A stretch of DNA of 41,032 nt from positions 1 through 41,032 of the forward strand of contig JABWCP010000029.1 of assembly GCA_013360215.1 (NCBI GenBank). Direction: 5' to 3'. The DNA is from a bacterium (GTDB taxonomy: Bacteria > CLD3 > SB21). Under the pieces are notes generated by a model, which saw only the letters and a program-made list of their open reading frames with translations, was not told the DNA's origin and made no database searches. The position numbers were made by a program, and so were the translations under genes. Positions 8,975-19,483 of the stretch are shown here, piece after piece (the stretch's first letter is position 1; each line of letters opens with the position of its first letter).

Positions 8975-11900
8975 ATGGCACGTTGGATACGTTTGCTTTT
9001 GATGTGTTGTATTGTATCAATACATGCACAAAGTGACTGGGTTAATTTAGGACCTTACGGCGGTGAATTTGATGCAATGGCGATTGATCAAAAAAAACCT
9101 AATTACCTATACATTGGAACCCGTAATGGTCAAATATACAGATCTACAAATTCAGGTCAAACGTGGTCGTTTTTGAACGCACTCGATGGGTCAATATCCA
9201 AACTTGTAGTTGATTCGTCCGATGGCCTGCGTATGTTTGTTGGTCTTCGAGATCGAAGTAACTATAGTCGCGTATTTTACTCTACGGATGGCGGGTTGCA
9301 TTGGGAGAACAATAGCTTATTGTCCTATTACAATGAAGAGATAAAAGATTTTATCATCAATCCGGCCAACAATCTTCAAATGCATTTAGTGACGGCCAAC
9401 CGTTCTGTTCCCTCTGTTAATGGCGGAAAAAGTTTTGTTGGAAATGGTCCGTATTATAACGGAAGTTTCAATTCGCTAGCCTATGATCCTCATGATCCCT
9501 CCAATGTCATGTACGCGGCCGGCCATGATGAGGACTTTGATCTGGCGGTTTTTCAAAGCACTCGCAATGCATGGTCCAACGTACATGCCTACCAATATAT
9601 GCAACCCGGCTGGAAGATAGGAAAAATCCATGCTGAAAACACATTTATAGCCGCCGTATACATATTGATGGGTAATACTGACAGCACCAAAATCTTGAGA
9701 AGCACTGATCAGGGACAAACTTGGACGACCGTCTTTGAAGACGATGTTGCCATGTACCAAGGGAATTTTAGAATCGGGCAATACACATGGTTACATCGCG
9801 GAAAAAACAGCAATGAACATGTTGTTGCTTCGCAAAACGGAGTTTTAAAAACTAATGACGGCGGATTGACATGGTTTCGTATGCGTGACGGTCTGAATAA
9901 TAATTTGGTTTCTGTACGCGGAGGGACATTTGTTCGCTCGCCTCAAGACACCTCAGTGTTTTATTGCAACTACGATAAAGCACCGACAAAATTAACTATC
10001 ACGCCCTATGGATATGTCGCTAATGTCAGCCAATCCATAGGATTTACGGCGCAAGAGATAAAGAAGGTTTATCATTCGATAAACACGTATGTCTATGCAG
10101 AAACCCGGACTCGTGACTTGATATATTCAGATAATTTCGGACAGGATTTCTATTCGTATGGACTTTCTTTAGCTCCGGGGGATGAAATCGTAGGAGGACA
10201 CGGATATTTTGTTACCAAACGAGGGAATTATTTGCAGACCCAAGGTTCTTCATTAGGAAATATAACATTTCCTCCTGGCACCGACTCAGTGGTCGCCGTG
10301 ATCGGTGAAGATGTTTATGCATCAGGATTTTATGAAAGTTATGAATTTGGTTTAACCCAAAGTGTGATGAATAGTGTTGCCAGCGGATTTTTTATGGCGA
10401 AGTATGATTTTGGGCTTGGATCGGTTGCTATGTATACGCCTTCGACGCTGCCTGATATTGCTGTGTCTGCCCCGATGACATCCCTATCCATTGCATTCCG
10501 AAGTTATCAAAGAGATACCGTGGATATCTACGTAGCTTCGTCGATGGGCATAGCTACCACCTATTTTGTTGATGGGGCATTTGGGTCATGGCAAACCATA
10601 ACAAATTTTGACGGTTCATTTGTTGTTAACAAAATCGAATTCCGTGAAACGGAAGCGTTTATTTGGGCTAAAGCACCGGGCGGAGATCGCCTATTCGGAG
10701 GTCATCGTGAGAATGTGAATTCAAATTTCACAATAAATGAGTTGTTTATTCAATTTTCAGGTACCGAATTTGGCCAATCAGAAGTCCATACAATTCATAC
10801 CGGAGTTGATGGCTACTACATGATTAGGAACCGGGTGGACTTTGGCGCAAACGGTGCTGAATATAGTCGCCCCCTGTATAAAGCCGGATTTGGTGATAAC
10901 CCTCACTGGACAGAAATTAGCACTAAGGATTTAGGTAAGTTTAATATTGAGAATGTAATTACGGAATATCGATTTGACCAAAATGCCGTCGTTATCTATG
11001 CGGCGGCCAATAATGGTATATGGACTCTGAAGCAAACAGCCAGCATTGAAATTGATACGATTACGACATTTGCCTCGACGTCAGCCTTGCTGGATTCCAG
11101 TTTTGCGAGGGTGACATATCGTAATTCAGGAACGGCATTTTCCTATATTGAGCGGTTTGAAATAACGGATGATGCGGAGCAGTCCTTTTCGATCGCTGAT
11201 AAAAGTATTACCGATGAAAATGGTATATTGTTCTTGGACATTCGCGCCGAGACGGATTTTTCCGTCATGTTTAAACCTACTTCGAAGGGATTAAAGACAG
11301 CCAATCTAAAATCGTATTATACAGTTCGAGCGTCCAATGGATCAGATAGTACGATAGTTGCGACAACACGTCTCGTCGGCATTGGAAAAACCTCTCAAAT
11401 CGGAACCAATCTGAAAAACGACACACTCAATATCAAAGGCGTTTTACTAAACGCATCGAAAGCACAGACCTTTACCCTGACGAACACCGGCGAAGATATA
11501 TTGACTATCAATGATATTTACTTCGTAAAGCAAGAAGCGTTTTCCTTGGTCAGTGTTAATGGATCTGATAGTGTTTCCCTTGATGTAGTTCCCGGGCGAA
11601 CTTTGGCTTTGTCTATCAATTTTACTCCGCAAGCGGCGCAATCCTACACGGATACATTGATCGTCGAAAGCACGGCGTTTGCGGCCAACAATACGCCCAG
11701 TCCTAAGCACCGTATTGTGATCAAAGGAATTGGTTCTTCGATTCAGATTAGTAATCTGGATAATCTGGGTGCAGCATTGAATCAAGCGTTAACCATAGAA
11801 GTCAGTCTCAGTCAGATCGAAGCATCGGACGTTACAGGGATTCTGCGCTATCGAAAAAGCGGTGATGGTTCGTCAGGCTACAAAAGTAAAACGATGGCCC

Positions 11901-13432
11901 CGGCGGCTTTGCAAACCGGCACTTCTAGCCGATTTACGACAACGATACCTCAGGAGGATATTACACAAAACGGGCTTGAGTTTTATGTGGAATTCACATC
12001 GTCCTCCAGTGTGTCACCGATCCAATACCCTGAAAACGGAGAATTTGAACCGCAGGTGGTTTCTGTGACGATTCCTAATCCTGGATTAAGCAGTAGCGGC
12101 TATGTTTCTTTGCCGGGAGGCACCGATAAAAAGGCTTTTCAGCTTATGTCCTTTCCGCTCAATTTAACCAATAAAACCGTGGGCGGCGCATTTACTCCAA
12201 GTAATATGGGTGAAGCCGGTGTCAAAGGTGATTGGCAAGTATATCGCTATGATAACGACCTCTCTAAATTTATCTCATCTTCAGATCCTGATATTACATT
12301 TGGAAATATCGAGTCGGGAAAATCTTATTTATTGGTTTCCCGTAAACCTAAAACCATCAATAGCGGAGCAGGGAAAACAGTAAAAAAAGAGGATGCCCAT
12401 GTAACGATCCAACCCGGATGGAACATGATTGCGAATCCTTATGCGTTTAGTATTAACTGGTCTGACGTTGCTAATTTTAACGACAATGTGGAATTAACCA
12501 ATATTGTGGTTTTACAAAATGGTCGTTTCAAATATGTTGATGAAGTGGATGTGTACAATCTGAAATTAGAGCCGTGGAAAGGGTACATGTATTATTCTCC
12601 CGAAGAAAACGGCACTTTTACAATCAATTATCCCGCGATCAATTCGGATAATGCATCAGCTTTGCAGAAAAAAGAGATTCGGACAACGGTTGATAAAAAC
12701 GGTTATCGTTTGCAACTAACATTACATGATGACGGCGAAGACATGGTGTTTGAAGCAGGTGCTTCGGAAGATGCGCAAGACGGTGCTGACGGTCATGATA
12801 AAAGAGCGCTTCCTATGCTGATGAAGGATGAGGTATCGCTCCACTGGTTGCATGCGGATCGGAAATTGCAAACGGATATACGCGCCGTTTCACCGGAAGG
12901 TCATATATATACGTTTGAGGTAACTACGGGCGCAGATCGTCGCACGGTATCATTATCCTATTCAGCGACAAATTTGCCTGAAGGTTTTTCGGCACGTATT
13001 GTTGAGATGTCCACCGGTATGGTGCAAACAGGTGAAACGCAGAGCGTAATCGTGCAAAGCGGAAAACCAAAGATGTATAAACTACTGATAGGTACGGAAG
13101 CATTTATTGCAAAAGCACAAGCTGAGATTATTCCGTCACAATTTTCGCTGGCACAAAATTATCCTAATCCATTTAATCCAAGCACCACTTTACGATTTGG
13201 TTTGCCTGAGACATCCTCAGTAAAAATTACGATCTACAATATGTTGGGTCAGCAGGTGCGTACATTGGTCAAACAAGTGATGCCTGCGGCATCGCATGCG
13301 TTGTTATGGGATGGGACCAATGATTTCGGTCAACGCGTGGCCAGCGGTGTATATGTGTATCGTTTAGAAGCAACCGGGCTGGGAAGTAACAAGGTGTTTT
13401 CACAGACCCGTAAAATGACTTTGATTAAATAA
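8975..13432 (+). CDS. Large secreted/surface protein: BNR/Asp-box beta-propeller, Ig-like (ASH/choice-of-anchor-D-like) domains, C-terminal FlgD-Ig/T9SS-like domain
   Basis: ATG 8975 with GAGGAG RBS; signal peptide; STNSGQTW, STDGGLHW, STDQGQTW and TNDGGLTW repeats; TLTNTGEDILTI; C-terminal QNYPNPFNPSTT...WDG...SGVYVYRL. Confidence 0.85.
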   Translation: MARWIRLLLMCCIVSIHAQSDWVNLGPYGGEFDAMAIDQKKPNYLYIGTRNGQIYRSTNSGQTWSFLNALDGSISKLVVDSSDGLRMFVGLRDRSNYSRVFYSTDGGLHWENNSLLSYYNEEIKDFIINPANNLQMHLVTANRSVPSVNGGKSFVGNGPYYNGSFNSLAYDPHDPSNVMYAAGHDEDFDLAVFQSTRNAWSNVHAYQYMQPGWKIGKIHAENTFIAAVYILMGNTDSTKILRSTDQGQTWTTVFEDDVAMYQGNFRIGQYTWLHRGKNSNEHVVASQNGVLKTNDGGLTWFRMRDGLNNNLVSVRGGTFVRSPQDTSVFYCNYDKAPTKLTITPYGYVANVSQSIGFTAQEIKKVYHSINTYVYAETRTRDLIYSDNFGQDFYSYGLSLAPGDEIVGGHGYFVTKRGNYLQTQGSSLGNITFPPGTDSVVAVIGEDVYASGFYESYEFGLTQSVMNSVASGFFMAKYDFGLGSVAMYTPSTLPDIAVSAPMTSLSIAFRSYQRDTVDIYVASSMGIATTYFVDGAFGSWQTITNFDGSFVVNKIEFRETEAFIWAKAPGGDRLFGGHRENVNSNFTINELFIQFSGTEFGQSEVHTIHTGVDGYYMIRNRVDFGANGAEYSRPLYKAGFGDNPHWTEISTKDLGKFNIENVITEYRFDQNAVVIYAAANNGIWTLKQTASIEIDTITTFASTSALLDSSFARVTYRNSGTAFSYIERFEITDDAEQSFSIADKSITDENGILFLDIRAETDFSVMFKPTSKGLKTANLKSYYTVRASNGSDSTIVATTRLVGIGKTSQIGTNLKNDTLNIKGVLLNASKAQTFTLTNTGEDILTINDIYFVKQEAFSLVSVNGSDSVSLDVVPGRTLALSINFTPQAAQSYTDTLIVESTAFAANNTPSPKHRIVIKGIGSSIQISNLDNLGAALNQALTIEVSLSQIEASDVTGILRYRKSGDGSSGYKSKTMAPAALQTGTSSRFTTTIPQEDITQNGLEFYVEFTSSSSVSPIQYPENGEFEPQVVSVTIPNPGLSSSGYVSLPGGTDKKAFQLMSFPLNLTNKTVGGAFTPSNMGEAGVKGDWQVYRYDNDLSKFISSSDPDITFGNIESGKSYLLVSRKPKTINSGAGKTVKKEDAHVTIQPGWNMIANPYAFSINWSDVANFNDNVELTNIVVLQNGRFKYVDEVDVYNLKLEPWKGYMYYSPEENGTFTINYPAINSDNASALQKKEIRTTVDKNGYRLQLTLHDDGEDMVFEAGASEDAQDGADGHDKRALPMLMKDEVSLHWLHADRKLQTDIRAVSPEGHIYTFEVTTGADRRTVSLSYSATNLPEGFSARIVEMSTGMVQTGETQSVIVQSGKPKMYKLLIGTEAFIAKAQAEIIPSQFSLAQNYPNPFNPSTTLRFGLPETSSVKITIYNMLGQQVRTLVKQVMPAASHALLWDGTNDFGQRVASGVYVYRLEATGLGSNKVFSQTRKMTLIK

Positions 13433-13452
13433 AATAAATTAAGGATAGATTT

Positions 13453-14109
13453 ATGAAGAGGTTTAAAAAAATCATAGCTGTCTTGTTATCGGCTGCTTTT
13501 TGGAATATTCAGGCGGCATTGCTGTTTTCGCATTCTATACACGCACAACAGGGCACCAGGCCATTAGTGGCAGTTCTTGATCTACAGGTTACCGGAGGTA
13601 TTCTCAAATCGGAAGCGCAATCGCTTTCCGACCGTTTACGTGGCGAGATGCAAGGACTAAAGAAATTTGATATCATCGAACGTTCTCAGATGGATGCTTT
13701 GCTTAAGGAACAAGATTTTGCGATGTCTGATATGACGGAAGCCAATGCGGCTAAAGCCGGGAAGTTGCTCAGCGTCGAACAAATCGTAGTGGGTTCCATC
13801 GGTCGTGTTGGTCGTTCATATACGGTGGACGTACGACTGATTGATGTTGTATCCGGTCGCGTCATCACGGCTTCGCAGCAGGATTATAATGGTCCTACCG
13901 AAGGCTTGACACAGGTCATTCGCAATGTCGCACGACAGTTTGCCGGGCTTCCGCCTTTGAAAGTAAGCGTTGCGAGTAATACCAAATGGTGGGTGATGGG
14001 CAGTTTACTTGCTGTTGGCGGCGGTGTGGCGGCTTATATGATGTTGAATAAAAAAGAAAGCGGATCCTCCGGCCCTCCGGCTTTCAGCGATCCACCGGCA
14101 TTGCCGTAA
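13453..14109 (+). CDS. CsgG/HfaB/DUF2380-like periplasmic protein with C-terminal TM helix
   Basis: VAVLDL, FDIIERSQMDALLKEQ and VRLIDVVSGRVI motifs; C-terminal WWVMGSLLAVGGGVAAYMML helix. Confidence 0.75.
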   Translation: MKRFKKIIAVLLSAAFWNIQAALLFSHSIHAQQGTRPLVAVLDLQVTGGILKSEAQSLSDRLRGEMQGLKKFDIIERSQMDALLKEQDFAMSDMTEANAAKAGKLLSVEQIVVGSIGRVGRSYTVDVRLIDVVSGRVITASQQDYNGPTEGLTQVIRNVARQFAGLPPLKVSVASNTKWWVMGSLLAVGGGVAAYMMLNKKESGSSGPPAFSDPPALP

Positions 14110-14121
14110 TGTCTTCTTGTG

Positions 14122-14159
14122 AAATAAAAAACCTCGACTGAAATCGAGGTTTTTTATTT
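14122..14159. terminator. Bidirectional intrinsic terminator
   Basis: AAATAAAAAACCTCGA-ctgaaa-TCGAGGTTTTTTATTT between convergent genes. Confidence 0.9.
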
Positions 14160-14184
14160 ACATAAACACAAATTGATCAGAAAG

Positions 14185-15258
14185 CTAATTGGATTGGTAA
14201 ACGAATTCAGATGGTGTTAAACCGGTTTGCTCTTTGAATATGCGATTAAAAGAGCTTTTACCTGAGAACCCTGAATCTAAAGCTATAGCCAGCAGAGTTT
14301 CTTCGCTGTATCGTTCTCTGAGTTGGTTTTGGGCATCTTTTACACGATACGTATTGACAAACACGTTAAACGTCATCCCGATGTCTTCGCTTAGCAGTGC
14401 AGACAAGCATCGTGCGCTGATACCAAGGCGAGCCGCCACTTCGGTATAACGCAGGTCGGGTTCTCGATATATTTTGTCCTGTTCCATCAGTTTGTATAAT
14501 TGATTTAAAACTTCATGCTTTCTCTCTTTAGAAAGGCTGTTATTTTTTCTCGGCCATAAAGTAAAAAATATTGTTTCCGGGGAAACGAATGAAAGGAATG
14601 CAATAGTGTAAATAATCGTTGCAAAAATCGGTATTGACCAATTACCCCAATGGACAAGCGTTTCTCCGGTGAAAAGAAAGTAAATAGCATTTATAAAATT
14701 GAAAACGACATATCCCATCATAATGCTAAATAAGAATCGGATAATGCGATTGAGTTTAGAATACGCTTCATTTTGTGACAGCAAACGAATGGCCATAGTG
14801 AGGTACATGACATTTTGCAAGACCATTACGACATTTAGAATAATACTCTCTACGGCGAAATCATTGAACTGTGACGGGTCAATTATGTATGCGATTTTCT
14901 TTTGTACATCCCACAAATAGTATGGTGACAAGAGAAGAATCACTCCCAAAAAAGGTAATGCATGCCAAGCGTCTTTGATGACGAATCGATTTTGCTTCTC
15001 GACAAGATTTTTGGCATAAAGATAATAAGCCGGAGCCAGTGCATACCAAAAAGGGACCGAAATGAAGAGCATATGGGGCAGGGTGGAAAAAAGACCGGAG
15101 ATGCGAATCAATTGTTCCAATACGGCACTTGAAAAAATAAGCATCAGGAGCGCAAGACTTTTATTTGCCAAAACGCTTCCTTTTTTGTTAAAAAAAAGAA
15201 CAATGGCGAGAAAAATTCCTTGGCCGAATATGAGCGTGTATATGATGGTCCAAATCAT
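14185..15258 (-). CDS. Membrane-embedded AraC-family regulator (~7 TM plus HTH)
   Basis: Hydrophobic N-terminal two thirds; C-terminal SGFSGKSSFNRIFKEQTGLTPSEF. Confidence 0.9.
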   Translation of the reverse strand: MIWTIIYTLIFGQGIFLAIVLFFNKKGSVLANKSLALLMLIFSSAVLEQLIRISGLFSTLPHMLFISVPFWYALAPAYYLYAKNLVEKQNRFVIKDAWHALPFLGVILLLSPYYLWDVQKKIAYIIDPSQFNDFAVESIILNVVMVLQNVMYLTMAIRLLSQNEAYSKLNRIIRFLFSIMMGYVVFNFINAIYFLFTGETLVHWGNWSIPIFATIIYTIAFLSFVSPETIFFTLWPRKNNSLSKERKHEVLNQLYKLMEQDKIYREPDLRYTEVAARLGISARCLSALLSEDIGMTFNVFVNTYRVKDAQNQLRERYSEETLLAIALDSGFSGKSSFNRIFKEQTGLTPSEFVYQSN

Positions 15259-15410
15259 AGATTAAGAACTGTATGATAATAATTCAGAAAATTAGATTCT
15301 TATACGATTAGACAATGTTTTTAGTTACAACAAGTTTCTCTTTTTATTTCGTTATATAATTTTTATTCTACAGACAACCAAATACAATTATTATCTATCC
15401 GTTTCTAAAA

Positions 15411-16286
15411 ATGAATATTTGCCCGATTTGTAGTCACAGTACACATCAAAAATGGCCGATGTATTACGAATTTGAATCCCAACATTTCGATCTTTTGCAA
15501 TGTTCATCATGTCGCATTGGATTTGTATCGCCTCAACCTGACGAAAAAACGATTGTACGTATGTACAGTAAGGATTATTTCGAATCGGATTTTAGATGCG
15601 GGCATGAAGATGCATCAGCCTTTAATAAAAAGACGGATCCTGTTCTGCCGGATTGGGCTGAGCAGGTTCACCTTCAACCTGAGTCATCCGTTTTAGAAAT
15701 TGGTTGCGCGACAGGTTATACGCTTAAAGCATTTCATGATGCGGGGCATCATGTCAAAGGGATTGAGATATCCGAAGATGCAGCCCGTCATGCGCGGGAT
15801 GTGTATCACTTGGATGTAGATACGATGGCCGTTCATCAAGCGCAGTTTTCGTCGGAGAAATTTGATCTTATCTATTTGTTGGATGTGTTTGAACATTTGA
15901 CGGATCCTGTTTTACTCCTCAAGCAGGCGTATCAATGGCTGAAACCGGGTGGAACACTGGTGATCGTTATTCCTACGCAAACGAATACACTTTTTTCGCG
16001 ATTTGGTATGACCTTATTTTCGTTAGCCGGCAAACGGGCGCGGATATATATGCCGCCGTATCATCTTTTTGAATACCGACCTTCATCGGTTCGACGTTTG
16101 TTACTTAACCACGGTTTTTCTAAAATAGATATGAAACCGGTGATTATGAAGCCCGGTGAAATTGGTTTGCGCAGCAGCGTTGTTCAAAATACAGCCAAAT
16201 ATGTTTTTCAATGTTTGAATTACCCTCTAACGAAGTTGACGGGACGCTTTGGCGATCGGTTGACCATCATTGCAGTCAAATCTTGA
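15411..16286 (+). CDS. Class I SAM-dependent methyltransferase with N-terminal Zn-ribbon
   Basis: CPIC...CSSC; VLEIGCATG; DVFEHL; LKPGG. Confidence 0.88.
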   Translation: MNICPICSHSTHQKWPMYYEFESQHFDLLQCSSCRIGFVSPQPDEKTIVRMYSKDYFESDFRCGHEDASAFNKKTDPVLPDWAEQVHLQPESSVLEIGCATGYTLKAFHDAGHHVKGIEISEDAARHARDVYHLDVDTMAVHQAQFSSEKFDLIYLLDVFEHLTDPVLLLKQAYQWLKPGGTLVIVIPTQTNTLFSRFGMTLFSLAGKRARIYMPPYHLFEYRPSSVRRLLLNHGFSKIDMKPVIMKPGEIGLRSSVVQNTAKYVFQCLNYPLTKLTGRFGDRLTIIAVKS

Positions 16287-16360
16287 TTATCTACCTTCCA
16301 TTCGATAGTTTTGCCTACCTGTCATAATGCTTTCTTATAGTATAGTATAGTCGGAGAATC

Positions 16361-16843
16361 ATGAAATCGTTGATCACACTTAAGGTCAATGGCGACCTTT
16401 ACGAAATTGCCGTCAAATCCAATCGCACTTTGCTTGAAGCGCTGCGCTACGATTGCCATCTTACCGGTTCCAAACAAGGTTGTGATATGGGCGACTGCGG
16501 CGCGTGCACGGTGTTAATTGATAACGTCCCTATCCAGGCCTGCATCACACTTGCGGTGGAATGCGTCGGCAAAGAAATCATCACCGTCGAAGGAATCGCT
16601 AAAGGAACAGAAGCGCATCCGCTACAGACGGCATGGAATAATCAAGGTGCATCCCAGTGCGGATATTGTACGCCCGGTTTTATGGTTGTGGCCAAGTGGC
16701 TTTTGGAAAAAAATCCTAATCCAAGCGATGTGGAAATCAAAGAGGCCTTGTCCGGCAATATTTGCCGCTGTACCGGTTATACTAAGATCATAACCGCCAT
16801 GAAAGAGGCCGCGGCGATAATGCAAAAAGAAAAAGCCGTTTAA
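16361..16843 (+). CDS. Molybdenum hydroxylase small [2Fe-2S] subunit (HcrC/CoxS-like)
   Basis: GCDMGDCGACTV, QCGYCTPG and GNICRCTGY motifs; RBS GGAG. Confidence 0.93.
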   Translation: MKSLITLKVNGDLYEIAVKSNRTLLEALRYDCHLTGSKQGCDMGDCGACTVLIDNVPIQACITLAVECVGKEIITVEGIAKGTEAHPLQTAWNNQGASQCGYCTPGFMVVAKWLLEKNPNPSDVEIKEALSGNICRCTGYTKIITAMKEAAAIMQKEKAV

Positions 16844-16902
16844 TCGCGATTTGCGTTATAAAAATTTAAAAATTATTTGATTGATTACCGAAAGACATCA
16901 TA

Positions 16903-19305
16903 ATGATAAAGCCTAATCCGAAAAAAAATCAATTCTCTATTATCGGCAGACCCAATCCGAAAATTGAAGGATTGGAGAAGGCCAACGGATCCGCTCTGTA
17001 TACTGATGATCTGATGCTCCCCAATATGCTCATCGGAAAAATTTTGCGCAGCCCGCATCCGCATGCCCTGATCAAAAAAATTGATACTTCTAAGGCGGAG
17101 GCATTACCCGGCGTGAAAGCGGTAATGATCGGGACGGAGCTTACGGAAAAATACGGCGTTCTTCCTGCTTCGCAGGATGAAACCGTACTGGCTGTTGATA
17201 AAGTCTGCTATATCGGTGACGGTGTGGCGGCCGTAGCAGCGCTGGATGAAGAAACAGCGGAAAAAGCGTGCGAACTTATCGAAGTCGAATATGAAGTTTT
17301 GAAACCGTGCCTTACGATCGAAGATGGTTTTCGTGAAGACCTTCCTAAAATACACCCGCACACCAAACAAGCCAATGTAATGAAGGAAGTGCATCAAGAG
17401 TTCGGTGATGTGGATGAGGGTTTCAAAGAAGCCGATTTGGTTATGGAAAACGAATATTTCTTTGAAGGCAATACGCACTTACCTTTGGAACCGCATTGTG
17501 CTCTGGCTCAATACGGAAGCGACGGTAAACTGACTATATGGTCTTCGACGCAGACACCGCATTATCTGCATGTAGCCTTAGCCAAAGTGCTTCAAATGAA
17601 GCGTTCGCATATTCGTGTCATCAAGCCGCATATCGGTGCAGGTTATGGTGGGAAATCCGAACCGTTTGCATTGGAATTTTGTGCGGCATGGCTTTCCAAA
17701 AAAACCGGTCGTCCCGTGAAATTTTTATATACCCGCGAAGAAGTATTTTACGCGCATCGGGGTCGCCAACCGATGAAGATGATACTTAAAACCGGCGTCA
17801 AAAAGGACGGTTCGATCACCGCGATCCACATGCGTACGTTTCTAGACGGCGGATCGTTCGGAAGTTATGGCCTTGTGACTACGTATTATTCCGGCGTATT
17901 TCTGACGTTGCCTTACAAAGTGCCTCGATACAAATTTGATGCGTATCGTATTTATACCAATAAACCGGCCGGCGGGCCCAAACGCGGGCATGGTGCCGTG
18001 CAGCCTCGTTTTGCGATGGAATGCCAATTAGATAAAATAGCCGAAAAACTCGGTCTTGATCCGGTGGAGATGCGTCTCAAAAATAGTATCGAACCCAATA
18101 CGATGACGATCAATTCGTTTCGTGTCACCTCATGCGGTATCAAAGAATGCCTCACTTCTACGCGTGCGCGTTCGGAGTTTGATAAAAAGTACGCGTCATA
18201 TAAAAAACAAAATGGTAAAGTTATTCGCAAAGGTATCGGTATTGCGGCCAGCACATATATCAGCGGAGCGGGAAAATCCATCATTTGGAATGATATGCCG
18301 CATTCCGGCGTGCAGATCAAAGTGGATCGTGGCGGCGGTGTGACGGTATTTTGCGGAGCGTCGGATATAGGTCAGGGTTCGGATTCGATGTTAGCTTATA
18401 TTGCAGCGGAAGTTCTGGGTGTCGAAATATCGGATGTTCACGTTTGCCAAACCGATACCCATCTGACGCCGGTGGATTTGGGCAGTTATTCGAGCCGTGT
18501 CACTTTTATGGCGGGCAATGCGTGCATACAAGCGGCGGAGCGTATTAAAGAAATGATCTTTGAAATGGCGAGCCGTAAACTCGGTGTACCGGTAACTGAT
18601 CTTGATAACGGTAAACGATTGATTTTTTCAAAATCGGATCCGAATAAATTTATGGATTTCGTCGAAGCCGCAAACATGGCGGAATCAGCCTATGGTACGA
18701 TCGGTGCGACCGGCAGCTACAAGCCGCCCAAAATCGGCGGCTCTTACAAAGGCGCAGGTGCAGGTCCATCACCCTCATACACTTTTTCTACGCATATCGC
18801 TGAAGTGTCCGTGGATGTAGAAACCGGTGCGGTGACGGTAGAAAAAATATGGTCAGCCCATGATTGCGGGCGAGCGCTCAATCCCGTGATCGTTGAAGGT
18901 CAGATCGAAGGCAGTGTTTATATGGGTGTCGGTGAGGCGCTTTTTGAAGAACATATTTTTCATAAAAACGGATTGCATCGCAACCCCAGTATTCTGGAAT
19001 ATAAAGTGCCGACGATATTGGATACGCCCGAAATCGAATCCATTATCGTGGAGTCTATTGATCCCGAAGGCCCGTTTGGCGCCAAAGAAGCTGGTGAAGG
19101 CCCTCTCCACGCGGCGATACCGGCGATTGCCAATGCGATCTACAATGCCATCGGTGTACGTCTGGATACGACGCCATTTACACCGGATAAAATCCTGAAG
19201 GCTTTGGAAGAAAAAGAACTCGCTGAAAAAGGCGGTAACGGTCATTCCAAAAAACTTCGTGATATCGGCGCAAAAAAATTGGTATCCCATATCGCAACGA
19301 CCTGA
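16903..19305 (+). CDS. Xanthine-oxidase-family molybdopterin-binding subunit, 4-hydroxybenzoyl-CoA reductase alpha (HcrA)-like
   Basis: LRSPHPHA, GAGYGGK, RGHG, DIGQGS, GSYSSRVTFM and GPFGAKEAGEG motifs, resembling Thauera HcrA as recalled. Confidence 0.88.
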   Translation: MIKPNPKKNQFSIIGRPNPKIEGLEKANGSALYTDDLMLPNMLIGKILRSPHPHALIKKIDTSKAEALPGVKAVMIGTELTEKYGVLPASQDETVLAVDKVCYIGDGVAAVAALDEETAEKACELIEVEYEVLKPCLTIEDGFREDLPKIHPHTKQANVMKEVHQEFGDVDEGFKEADLVMENEYFFEGNTHLPLEPHCALAQYGSDGKLTIWSSTQTPHYLHVALAKVLQMKRSHIRVIKPHIGAGYGGKSEPFALEFCAAWLSKKTGRPVKFLYTREEVFYAHRGRQPMKMILKTGVKKDGSITAIHMRTFLDGGSFGSYGLVTTYYSGVFLTLPYKVPRYKFDAYRIYTNKPAGGPKRGHGAVQPRFAMECQLDKIAEKLGLDPVEMRLKNSIEPNTMTINSFRVTSCGIKECLTSTRARSEFDKKYASYKKQNGKVIRKGIGIAASTYISGAGKSIIWNDMPHSGVQIKVDRGGGVTVFCGASDIGQGSDSMLAYIAAEVLGVEISDVHVCQTDTHLTPVDLGSYSSRVTFMAGNACIQAAERIKEMIFEMASRKLGVPVTDLDNGKRLIFSKSDPNKFMDFVEAANMAESAYGTIGATGSYKPPKIGGSYKGAGAGPSPSYTFSTHIAEVSVDVETGAVTVEKIWSAHDCGRALNPVIVEGQIEGSVYMGVGEALFEEHIFHKNGLHRNPSILEYKVPTILDTPEIESIIVESIDPEGPFGAKEAGEGPLHAAIPAIANAIYNAIGVRLDTTPFTPDKILKALEEKELAEKGGNGHSKKLRDIGAKKLVSHIATT

Positions 19306-19483
19306 AACAAAGCGTTTTTTTTAGTGCGATAGACCTTATCATTTTGTTGTAATTTTTTTTACTTCCTACCGATTGCTATAGCTGTTGCATATCGAGCTGC
19401 ATGCCTGCTGTCAAAAATCATTTTTTTTCTAACGAAGCGTGTCATATTGGAATACGATTCGTTTAAATTGTTTAAGGAGCTTT

